Shown here: positions 55,061 through 63,273 of the stretch, piece after piece
Position numbering within the stretch: the stretch's first letter is position 1
How the letters are laid out: each line of letters begins with the position of its first letter
Assembly (NCBI RefSeq): GCF_001194135.2
Contig: NC_068982.1
Location: forward strand, 75,563,534-75,627,533
DNA from: Octopus bimaculoides
Lineage: Eukaryota
DNA length: 64,000 bases
Direction: 5' to 3'
Position numbers and translations under genes: made by a program
Notes under the pieces: model-generated
Told to the model about the DNA's origin: nothing
Database searches by the model: none
What the model saw: the letters and a program-made list of their open reading frames with translations, nothing else

Positions 55061-58000
55061 CATTATCATCTAAGCCACATGCTGATTGGTCAAATTACAG
55101 TTTGTAAGATTCAACCTGGTGGAGCCCATCGGAGGGTATTTAAAGGATAAATCTGACCATTTCGCTACAGTTGTCAATTGTGGAACACAACTGTTACTAC
55201 ATAAACTTGATGATTGCATAATGCATGAAAGTACTAGGTTATTTCAATACTGTAAAATTGTAAAAATTGCAAATAATAAAACATGAAAATCAAACTAAGT
55301 TGGAATTTCATTGATTCATATATATATATATATATACACACACACATTCATGTATATTACGAATGTGTATATACACATGCACATACACACACCCACACAT
55401 ATATATACACATATACATACATATATACACACATATACATACACACATTATATATATATATAGATATATGTAAGTATATATGTACTTGTGTGTGTGTATC
55501 TACCATCATATCAACATCCACTTTTCCATACTTGCATGGGTTTTATTGAAGCAGATTTTCTACAGCGGGCCCTTTCTGTTGCCAACCCTCATGTGTTTCC
55601 ATGAAAATATTTCCTCATGACCAAGAATGCACTCACAGAATACTGGAAATGAATGACACTGGTTGTATGACAGTGACAATCATTTACAGATGCCATACAA
55701 TTGGATTCTGTCAGTTTCTCTCTACCAAATTCACCCACAAGGTTTTGGTCAGTCCAGGGCTTTAACAAGACATTTACCCAAGTTGACACACTGTGTGTGT
55801 GTGTGTGTATGTGCATGCAATTTTTGTGTGTTTTGTCTTGATATTGTGAATGTTATTCACTTCTAATATTCTGTGAAAACATTTGATCATGGAGAAATAT
55901 CACCTTGCTCAGAAACAGGTACAGATTGGTGACAGAAAGGGTATTAATAAACTCTGTGGTTCATGTAAGCATGGAAAAGTGGCAGTTAAACAAGGATATC
56001 CATTAGGTAAATTAATGAATTATATAGCTGTTTGAAACAAACCTTTAAATAATCATGCTTTTAAGCTACACTATGCTGCTCTCATACAATTCTTTACAGT
56101 ATGTCAGAGAGTACAGTATGTGTGTCAGTTAGGTGGAGACATAGTGTCATTGGAAGGAAGGCACTATGAACTGTACCTCATTATCTAGCCAGCCAAATGT
56201 GTGCCATAGGACTGCTTGATCAGAGTCAAGCTACACTTTACTAATACATATTAGGTAGTGTATATATGATACAAGCACATTTTATATAGGTTTGAGAGGT
56301 CATAGATTTCCAGTTTCTCAGTAAAAGCTTGCTTACCTTTAGTTCTTCTAGAAGTCGTTGTTCCTTGCTCTCCAGTAACTTATTGTCCACATTTTCTTGG
56401 TCTAACTGATTCTCTAGTTCCTGTGAAACAGAAATAACATTTAATCCCACATAAACAACATCAAAAAGATATTGGGGGCGTAGTCTGCGTGGATAACATT
56501 TACTCTATCTCTATATAATAATTGTTCCTAATTTTGGTACAAGGCCAGGGATTTTGAGGGGATGGGGTAAGTTGATTACATCAACCTCAGTATTTAAGTG
56601 GTGCTTTATCAATACTGAAAGGATGACAGGCAAAGAATAACTTGGTGGAATCTGAACCCAGAACATAAAGAGCCAGAAGAAATGCCCCTAAGCATTTTAT
56701 CCAAACCAGTAACAACTCAGCCAGCTCATTTCTTTATATCTCTTCATAATAATAGCTGATATATATGTTAGTTGGTTGATTGTTTTCCAGTCATGCCTTA
56801 CATCATTATAAAGAGACGGGGAAAGCGTAAAAAGAGATACGGAGAGAGTTAACATAAGAGGTGGATGATTAGTGCACAGACTAGATTTGGTGTGCGCAAA
56901 AGAAAGGGAGAGGGAGTGTAACTTCTGTTTGGAACCCCACCACCTTTCTGAAAGATATACAAATTTTTATAATGAAACTTTGCAAAGATCGGTTTTTGAT
57001 GGAGTAAATTGCAATTATGTTGATAAAATTTAGAAAAATATTAACATACTTATTGCAAGCATATATTTATACAAACAGAAAATTTGTTTCATTTAATTTA
57101 ATTTTATGGCAATAAATATTTTTCTTTTAAAACTTAGTATTCATTTCATTATTTTGTATAAGCAATAAGAAATTTGATAAAAGTTAAATTATAATTATTG
57201 TATGTATGCCATATTTCCAGATACTAGCCACTGTGACAAAAATATACTTCCAAATTTACCCGTTAAATGATGGTTAACACTCTAGTATGCCACATAAACA
57301 CTACATTTGATGACATAAAAGATGCATGGGCATATTAAACACACCCCAATTTCAGTAATACATAATGCAGGAAAGTTAACTTTTCAGTGCATTAAAGTCA
57401 AAGGAGACCCAACTTTGCATACTAGAACTGAGGTGATTTGAGACATCGGTTTTTTTCGGGGGGAGGGGGGGATCTTATATCCCATCGGGTGCAATAACCT
57501 GCAGCTTGTACATTGAGGTGCAGGCATAACTGCAGAGTTAGAGTTGAGTTCATTTTGTTACCATGAAGTCTCAAGTTCTATTTGACAGTGTGGCACCTTG
57601 GGCAAATGTCTTCTGTTGGAACCTCAAGCTGACCAATGCCTTGTAAGTGGACTTTGTAGAAGCCAGCAATGGAAACTCATCATATGTGTGTGTATATTTA
57701 TATCTTAGCATACCCATGTCATCAAAAATACTGACTGTTTTGTTAATGATAGAAAATAGCACATCAAAACAATGGGAGAAACCCTTGATAAATGTCAGTG
57801 ATTGAATAAATATATGCATATACACAAAGGTGAAGTATTTGAACAATTAAATACGGTTGTAATGTCTCAGTTGAAAATATTATCACCCATGTAATATTTT
57901 ATGAAACATCTGCTTTTCTATACTTGCATGGATCAGACAAATTTTGTGTAATTAGATGCCATTCTTGTTGCCAACCCTCACCTGTTTCCAAGTAAGGCCA

Positions 58001-58388
58001 TATTTCACCATGCCCAAATGTGATTACATTGAGGACTGGAAATGAAGAACACCTCTTGCATGATGGAGACACTTGCTTACAACTACTGCCAAATGTCAAG
58101 GCAAGGAGACAGTAAAACAAGTGCGTGCACACACACACACGAGTTGATTGTTGGTGTAACCATTATGTTCTGGTGGTCTCATAAGCTAGCTTTTCTTCAT
58201 CTCCATTGATTTATGAATATACAATTGTATAGTATAATGCCAAGCATACATATTAATGCAAACATGTAAGCATATCTTTCACATTGAAATTAATACTACA
58301 TGAAGAATTTTACAAAATGATCATAATCCTAAGGATGTCAAGTGGTTAAATATATATTCACTTCTCAAACCTCCTGATTTTTATGGTT

Positions 58389-58422
<34 letters not shown>

Positions 58423-61400
58423 NNNNNNNNNNNNNNNNNNNNNNNNNNNNNNNNNNNNNNNNNNNNNNNNNNNNNNNNNNNNNNNNNNNNNNNNNNNNNN
58501 NNNNNNNNNNNNNNNNNNNNNNTATATATATATATATATATATACATACATGGTGGGTTTCTTTCAGTCTCTGTCCACCAAATCTATTCACAAGGGTTTG
58601 AAATGACTCCAGTACTTATTGTTAAGCCAGGTACTTATTCTATAAGTTTTTTTAGTTGAACCACTAAGTTATAGGCATGTAAACAAACCAAGTGGTGGTG
58701 AGGGACAAACATACACAAAGATGCACATATACACAAGACAGACTTCTTTCAGTTTTTGTCTACGAAATTCACTCACAAGGCTTCGGCTGACCTGGGGTTA
58801 TAATGTAGTCAAGTAGCAAACTTTTTAACACACAGCCATATACACAAACACACACAGACATGCATATGTACATTGATGCATGTGCATACATATACGTGTG
58901 TGTTATCTTTTACTTGGAAATAAGGGTTAGAAACATGGGGGAAAAAATGAAAGATTGTGTGTGTGTATAAATGCTACATGAATGATATTTTGAAAACAAA
59001 ACAGTAATATTTAATTTCATACATGTGTGTGAAATTGGTGAAGTAATTATTATTTGATAAATATTTACACAGTAACTTCAGAATAAAACCTCTCATTACA
59101 CTTTGCTTGCATTTAGTGTCTCTGACTATCACTCACTTCCACTCCGTTTCTTGTTTTAGTTTTCCTCTGACAGAATGAATGGTAGGACACACATTGCATT
59201 TTATTATATGTAAGAGGTGTGTGTGTGTTTACCCTTTGCATTTTCACACCACAGCACTAGGAAATGTAAAGGATATCTTATTCTGAATGTTTTGAATGGT
59301 ACAAAACCAGGAGATGATTTGTTGGCAAGAGAAATGACAAAAGCATCTGTTTTGTAGTTCAGGATTTAGAAGAAGTGCAAATGCAATCCAATACACAGAT
59401 ACACACACAGCGAATGAAGGCACATCATGCTAGCCACGTGCTATTCATTACAGCATGTCACAACATACAGTATAATTGTTAGCTAGGTGGAGGCATAGTG
59501 CAATAAGGAAGAGGCCACTCTGAGCGTGTAAACACACACACAAGTAACTGGCTTATTTCAGTTTCTGTCAACTAAATCAACTTGTAAAATTTGTTTGGCC
59601 TAGAGCTATAGCAGAAGGCACTTGTCCAAGGTGCCATGCAGTTGGACTGAACCTGAAACCACTTGGTTGGGAAACAAACTTCTTAACCATACAACTGTGT
59701 GAGTGTGTGTGTGTGTGTGTCTGTGTGCATGCGTGTACGTGCATGCCTGTGTGTATGTGTGTGTGTGTGTGTGTGTGTNNNNNNNNNNNNNNNNNNNNNN
59801 NNNNNNNNNNNNNNNNNNNNNNNNNNNNNNNNNNNNNNNNNNNNNNNNNNNNNNNNNNNNNNNNNNNNNNNNNNNNNNNNNNNNNNNNNNNNNNNNNNNN
59901 NNNNNNNNNNNNNNNNNNNNNNNNNNNNNNNNNNNNNNNNNNNNNNNNNNNNNNNNNNNNNNNNNNNNNNNNNNNNNNNNNNNNNNNNNNNNNNNNNNNN
60001 NNNNNNNNNNNNNNNNNNNNNNNNNNNNNNNNNNNNNNNNNNNNNNNNNNNNNNNNNNNNNNNNNNNNNNNNNNNNNNNNNNNNNNNNNNNNNNNNNNNN
60101 NNNNNNNTGTGTGTGTGTGTGTAATGTTAGCAAGTCTTATCAAAAACAATTTCCCAGAATATGACAGTTTCCATTCAGATACCTGACCTTTAGCACATTT
60201 ACAAAATTGAATGTAGCTGATTGTTCAATGCATGAATATATGATTGGTCAAATGGCAAACACAAACTTAACATATAGCATTGAATAAGGGAGAAGGTCAA
60301 AACCTTCAGCCTTATGGCTTCTATATTTCTACTAGTTTACATTGGTCTTTTGTCTCTTCATGAATGAACTCAGTAATCTTGGTGATAAAAATAATTAAAC
60401 ACTCACCTTAATCTTTGTCAGAAGCCGCTGTTCATTGTTTGCTTTCAGATTCTCCTTATCATCAAGAATGTTTTCCAGCTCCTAAGGTTTTAAGACAACA
60501 GAGCGAAAGTAAAAAAAAGTTATTCATTATACTGTCTTCCTGTATCTATGTACATACACACAGACATGGCAGTGTAGTCAAGGAGCTTGCTTCTCAACCA
60601 TGTGATCTCTGGTTTAATCCCATAGTATGGTACATTACACAAGTATCTTCTACTATAGCTCTGGGTTGACCAAAACCTTGTGAGTGTGTGCATTTCCTTC
60701 ACATGACATAGCATGATAGTTGTAAATGAGCATCACTGCAGCATCTCTTTCCAACCTGCTATGCAAACATTCCAGGCAATGAGGCAATTCTATCTTGTTT
60801 GGAAACAGGTGAGAGTTGGCAAAAGAAAGAGCATCCAGCAGTAGACAATGTGTCTGCCTCAATGAATGCTGCCTAACCCTTACAAACAAGGCAAAGTGGA
60901 TATTAAATGATGATGATCACACACATACACTTCCATACAGAGGTCATGGTGGTAGTAAGCTGATGAAAATGAGATAACATTTTATGCCTCTCCAGTAACT
61001 TCAATTTTATTCCAGAATGAATCCGAAAACAAATGAATATTTTCCCTTGATTCATCATAGGTAAAAGTCTAATAAAAGTAATTAAAAATTAGTTGACATG
61101 TAAATCTAAGAAGATAAGTCATTATCATTAATTGGGAGGTGTTTGACCATCACTTCAACATTGGTAAGATGACCATCAAGAAAATAAAGTAAAGATGCCT
61201 GTAAGTTTTCATGTCTTTTGTCTTGGGAGTTTCTCTATTTTTTCCCATGCTAGCATGGTTTAGACCAGCACATTAGTAGATTTCAAAGTGGGTGCAACCA
61301 TGCTTGGGACAATGAGATGATTTGGTATGGATGACTGGAAATGCAGTCTGTTGTGGTGACTACTTTTTGGAGTTAACCACACATACACACAGAAATATAC

Positions 61401-63174
61401 ATATAGATAGAGAGAAAGTTGCAATTTATTAATAGAACATGATTGACACTCTCCTACACATAAAGATAAATATGCTCACACACAAACAGAGATAGGTAGA
61501 TGGATGGATGGATGGACAGAGAGAATAAGGGAAACATTAAAATGTCTGATGCCAAATAAGTGGCACCAAAATGGTTGTACCAAAATGCCTTGTATCACCT
61601 ACCACCCAAAGGGTTGTGAGAATTATTTTCTATGGGGGAACAGAGTTGCATTTGAAATCTGAGTGATAGATGCAGTTTTTAACTGCCTTAATTTTCAAAA
61701 AGAATAGTTTTCATTTTTATTCTGTGCAAAATGCTTTGACATTCCATATTATATTGATGAAATGACTAATGTACATGTAGTCTTTTAATGGTTATCAACC
61801 TGCCAGCAGCTATTTATTGTGGGATACTTGATTTCATTGAATGGTAGCAAGGGTGTATTGAAAAAGAAAGATAGGGGTGATAGTTCAAAAATTTTTGCAG
61901 CATTGGCTTAAATGAATATTGTTCAAGTATATTTTTACAGCTGCAAGATCTTCCTGTTCTAATCCTTATCTGTTTTTTTTTTCTTTTTTGCTTTGTTTTG
62001 CAAATAAAAGAATTTTCATTCCCCTCATTTTCAAAAGTGTGGAACCAGATTGACTTGTTGATAACACTGCCCATAGTTGAGTGATTTTTTTTTGTGTTAG
62101 AGCAGGATATAAACATTCACATACATTCTAACTAACAAATTCACTCACAAAGCATTGGTCAACTCAAGGCTGTAGTAGAAGATACTTGCATAAGATACCT
62201 GTAGTGGGACCAAACACAAAACCACATGGTTGATAAGCAAACTTCTTAACCACATAGCTGTGTGTGTGTGCACATGCACAAAGAAAACATAACATTTTTT
62301 CTTTTTCAGTGAAACTGAACCTGAAACCATATGGTTATGAAAGCAAATTCAACAAATTATATTCTATTTGCCTGCTTCAACCTACTCTACTTTCAGTGAC
62401 AACACTACAGCTAAATAGACTCAGGCAGTCAGGAGAATAGAATATATGGTGCCATGGAAGAAATGACAACAATACAAGGACAAATGGAAAAACTAAACAA
62501 GATTCCTTAGAAAAGGTTTAGTTTTGAAAAGAGGTAATTATGGAATAAAAACTATGGTATCTCTTGTGAGAGTATCATCTGAATAAAAATAAAAGAAGGC
62601 AAAGTTTGGTAATTGACCTTGATTTTTCGTAAATGTTGTTTTTCTCGTTCATATGACAATTCCTTCTCGTTACTCTGCTTTTCTAATTGCTTTCTCAGTT
62701 CCTGAAAAAATGACAATTGCAACTAATAGTTATAAAAAATTTCATTACTTTCCAGCAAAAATTAAAATAACAACAGTTTCTAATTTTAGCACAAGGCCAG
62801 CAATTTTGAGGGGATGGCAAGTTGATACTGTAACAACATTAATAATGATTTCAAATTTTGGCACAGGGGCAGCAATTTTAGTGAGAAGATATTAGACAAT
62901 TACATCAACTCTAATGCGTGACTAGTACTTATTTTATCACTTCTGCGAGGATGAAAAGCAATGCCAATCTCTGAAGAATTTTAACTAAGAATATAAAGAG
63001 TCAGAGGATATGTCATTACATTTTGTCCAATTCATTAATGACTGTCAGCAGGCTGCCTTTGTTTCAAATTTTGACACAAGCAAATCCATCAACAGAATTA
63101 ACTCTTACCTCAATTTTATTTTCAAGTTCTAATGTAACCGATTCCTCTTCTCTTGTAATTTTGTCAGTCACTGC
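1639..63174 (-). CDS. Multi-exon gene (partial at both ends) encoding a long myosin-tail-like coiled-coil protein with a probable C-terminal transmembrane anchor
   Basis: 18 exons, all flanked by AG/GT on the minus strand with concordant phases. They join into 1869 nt (623 codons) without a stop. The rod is E/K/Q/L-rich with heptad periodicity. Confidence 0.88.
1944..2085 (-). CDS. Exon, 142 nt, phase 0/1: [47 protein letters not shown]; Ser-rich linker
   Basis: Acceptor gtattttag|TTG, in frame with the upstream exon. Donor GCAG|gtgtgg was chosen because it restores phase with 1639-1805; the 3' boundary is less certain. Confidence 0.68.
2128..2400. repeat. Compound (TG)/(TA)/(CA) microsatellite
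   Basis: Directly visible; source of the spurious YIYI ORFs. A similar array is at 55315-55500. Confidence 0.95.
2680..3170 (+). repeat. About 490-bp purine-rich low-complexity tract with (GA)n arrays
   Basis: Almost only G/A on the plus strand; source of the spurious SLSL ORFs. Confidence 0.9.
3313..3543 (-). CDS. Exon, 231 nt, phase 0/0: [77 protein letters not shown]
   Basis: Acceptor ctttctttgtgcag|TCT, donor TCG|gtaagt. Matches ORF 3250..3549; coiled-coil composition. Confidence 0.93.
7101..7256 (-). CDS. Exon, 156 nt, phase 0/0: [52 protein letters not shown]
   Basis: Acceptor ggcatttttag|CAA, donor CAG|gtaatt, open frame. Confidence 0.92.
8418..8550 (-). CDS. Exon, 133 nt, phase 2/0: [44 protein letters not shown]
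   Basis: Acceptor atttttcag|C, donor AAG|gtgtga. The first base completes an AAC codon with the 11480-11538 exon. Confidence 0.92.
11480..11538 (-). CDS. Exon, 59 nt, phase 0/2: [19 protein letters not shown](N); non-coiled-coil Ser/Arg linker
   Basis: Acceptor ttttataacag|GTC, donor AA|gtaagc. Supplies the phase-2 end needed by the 8418-8550 exon. Confidence 0.85.
12295..12795. other. Assembly gap (N run) between (CT)n and (TA)n
   Basis: 501 N. Confidence 1.
12954..13260. repeat. Imperfect inverted repeat: arms about 12954-13086 and 13133-13260, 46-nt loop
   Basis: Shared blocks such as TCAAGATGTTATTAAATCAT, GCATTCAAAATACATC and TGATCAGCAATGCAT; roughly 80-85% identity by eye. Confidence 0.9.
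15270..15490 (-). mobile_element. SINE with a Meta-like core (representative copy)
   Basis: On the minus strand: GTGTTCTTGAGCAAAAACATTTCATCTTACATTGCTCCAGTCCACTCAGCTGTAAATGAG. Related copies at about 33830-33960 (-) and 52535-52680 (+). The domain name is inferred from memory. Confidence 0.6.
15938..16021 (-). CDS. 84-nt repeat exon: [28 protein letters not shown]
   Basis: Acceptor gtatttag|GAA, donor GAG|gtgagt; phase 0/0. Confidence 0.92.
16521..17779 (-). mobile_element. Full-length decayed mariner (DD34D), mellifera-subfamily-like
   Basis: TIRs TTGGGTTAGCAAGAAAGTAATT / AATTACTTTCTTGCCAACCCAA, with TA on the right flank. Transposase N-terminus [23 protein letters not shown] starts at 17604; C-terminal [22 protein letters not shown] is in ORF 16573..16824. 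The frame is broken. Confidence 0.93.
18386..18815 (+). mobile_element. Two head-to-tail copies of a SINE with a Nin/Deu-like central domain
   Basis: Heads GAGCTGGCAGAATC at about 18390 and 18600, core GACTTTGCCTTTCATCCTTTC...GATAAA.TAAGTAC, and an ATT tail. Other copies are at 70-292 and 338-540 (-), 5890-6090 (+), 56520-56740 (-) and 62770-63060 (-). Confidence 0.8.
25621..25992 (+). mobile_element. tRNA-headed SINE, tail type B (representative copy)
   Basis: Head GGTGTGACTGTGTGGTTAAGAAGCTTGC...GGTTCAGTCCCACTG (A/B-box-like), then (TG)n, then a tail ending CAGTCCAATGACTGAAAGAAATAAAAG. Similar copies at 29370, 36158, 51040 and 53420. Confidence 0.8.
30827..30910 (-). CDS. 84-nt repeat exon: [28 protein letters not shown]
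   Basis: Acceptor tttctcacag|AAC, donor ATG|gtgagt; phase 0/0. Confidence 0.92.
33240..33640 (+). mobile_element. RTE-clade LINE post-RT fragment
   Basis: [18 protein letters not shown]...RLKFIGHSW...AEVLLWQP, read across frameshifts. Confidence 0.7.
35420..35655 (+). mobile_element. RTE LINE RT fragment
   Basis: [15 protein letters not shown]...[14 protein letters not shown]...LKVNLAK, read across a frameshift. A similar short piece ([15 protein letters not shown]) is on the minus strand near 9510-9570. Confidence 0.7.
35658..36035 (+). mobile_element. tRNA-headed SINE, tail type A (representative copy)
   Basis: Same head as type B, then (TG)n, then a tail CTTGGAAACAGGTGAG...GCATC.GGCCATAGAAAATC...GGAAAAGTGGATGTTAAAATGATG. 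Similar copies at 27806, 43250 and 60565. Confidence 0.8.
37870..39111 (-). mobile_element. Full-length decayed mariner (DD34D) with frameshifted transposase
   Basis: TIRs TTAGGTCATCCCATAAATAAT / ATTATTTATGGGATGACCCAA, with TA on both flanks. Three ORF fragments: [22 protein letters not shown]...[13 protein letters not shown], and HQNNARPH...[13 protein letters not shown]. Confidence 0.95.
39146..39780 (-). mobile_element. 3' half of a maT/mori-like (DD37D-type) Tc1/mariner element
   Basis: Motifs WQQDSASGH and [16 protein letters not shown] (ORF 39388..39708). The terminus TA|CAGGGTATTC is at 39144-39155; no second TIR was found. The subfamily call rests on motif memory. Confidence 0.8.
40336..40410 (-). 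CDS. 75-nt shortened repeat exon: [25 protein letters not shown]
   Basis: Acceptor tttattttag|GAT, donor AAA|gtattt; phase 0/0; ends in the repeat motif EKIK. Confidence 0.88.
41573..41656 (-). CDS. 84-nt repeat exon: [28 protein letters not shown]
   Basis: Acceptor ttgtattttag|GGT, donor AAA|gtaagt; phase 0/0. Confidence 0.92.
44290..45290 (+). mobile_element. RTE-clade LINE reverse transcriptase remnant
   Basis: Degenerate RT: [25 protein letters not shown]...[24 protein letters not shown]; many stops and frameshifts. Confidence 0.8.
45534..45617 (-). CDS. 84-nt repeat exon: [28 protein letters not shown]
   Basis: Acceptor ttgtttctatag|CAA, donor CGG|gtacgt; phase 0/0. Confidence 0.92.
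46026..46109 (-). CDS. 84-nt repeat exon: [28 protein letters not shown]
   Basis: Acceptor atttttgtag|TCT, donor AAG|gtaaag; phase 0/0. Confidence 0.92.
46390..46850 (-). mobile_element. 3' end of an RTE LINE (ORF C-terminus plus 3' UTR)
   Basis: [15 protein letters not shown]...WHHAVLKK, followed by the same 3' UTR sequence that occurs as many short copies (e.g. 25224-25580, 8925-9100, 42935-43100). Confidence 0.7.
47936..48019 (-). CDS. 84-nt repeat exon: [28 protein letters not shown]
   Basis: Acceptor ttcttttacag|GCA, donor AAG|gtaaat; phase 0/0. Confidence 0.92.
50137..50220 (-). CDS. 84-nt repeat exon: [28 protein letters not shown]
   Basis: Acceptor ttctctttcag|AAT, donor AAG|gtaaga; phase 0/0. 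Confidence 0.93.
52307..53112. repeat. Long inverted repeat: arms 52307-52604 and 52811-53112, 206-bp spacer
   Basis: Manual alignment gives 10 substitutions and one 4-nt indel over about 300 bp. Confidence 0.97.
53858..53941 (-). CDS. 84-nt repeat exon: [28 protein letters not shown]
   Basis: Acceptor ttcctattgcag|ACT, donor AAA|gtaagt; lies within ORF 53759..53947. Confidence 0.93.
54525..54630 (+). mobile_element. Short RTE LINE fragment abutting the CR1 copy
   Basis: [32 protein letters not shown] resembles the RTE post-RT motif. Confidence 0.55.
54618..55062 (+). mobile_element. 5'-truncated CR1-clade LINE 3' end with (ATT)n tail
   Basis: ORF 54631..54888 has [10 protein letters not shown]...[18 protein letters not shown]...FK, the typical CR1 ORF2 C-terminus. 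A 3' UTR and a TTA repeat follow at about 55030-55060. Confidence 0.88.
56337..56420 (-). CDS. 84-nt repeat exon: [28 protein letters not shown]
   Basis: Acceptor ctgtttcacag|GAA, donor AAG|gtaagc; lies within ORF 56241..56450. Confidence 0.93.
58423..58522. other. Assembly gap (N run) within (TA)n
   Basis: 100 N. Confidence 1.
59137..59166 (-). CDS. Candidate 30-nt symmetric (cassette) microexon: [10 protein letters not shown]
   Basis: Acceptor cctaccattcattctgtcag|AGG and donor GAA|gtgagt; frame-preserving. Not needed for continuity of the model. Confidence 0.45.
59779..60107. other. Assembly gap (N run) within (TG)n
   Basis: 329 N. Confidence 1.
62618..62701 (-). CDS. 84-nt repeat exon: [28 protein letters not shown]
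   Basis: Acceptor gtcattttttcag|GAA, donor AAG|gtcaat; phase 0/0. Confidence 0.9.
63109..63174 (-). CDS. 66-nt exon, the most 5' one found: [22 protein letters not shown]
   Basis: Acceptor aatattttcag|GCA, donor GAG|gtaaga; phase 0 end. Confidence 0.87.
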
Positions 63175-63273
63175 CTGAAAATATTAACACACAAAATAGA
63201 ATTAAGATTGTTTTTAACGTTATTTTTGGCTTCCAACTAAACCCTCTTTAAGACCACACATTTTCTATTAATA

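Noticed and set aside
1639-63174. Naming the gene as myosin heavy chain, MYO18, cingulin or SLMAP
   Set aside because: Only generic rod similarity is seen. No motor, FHA or other diagnostic domain lies in the window, and the C-terminus does not match what I recall of those proteins.
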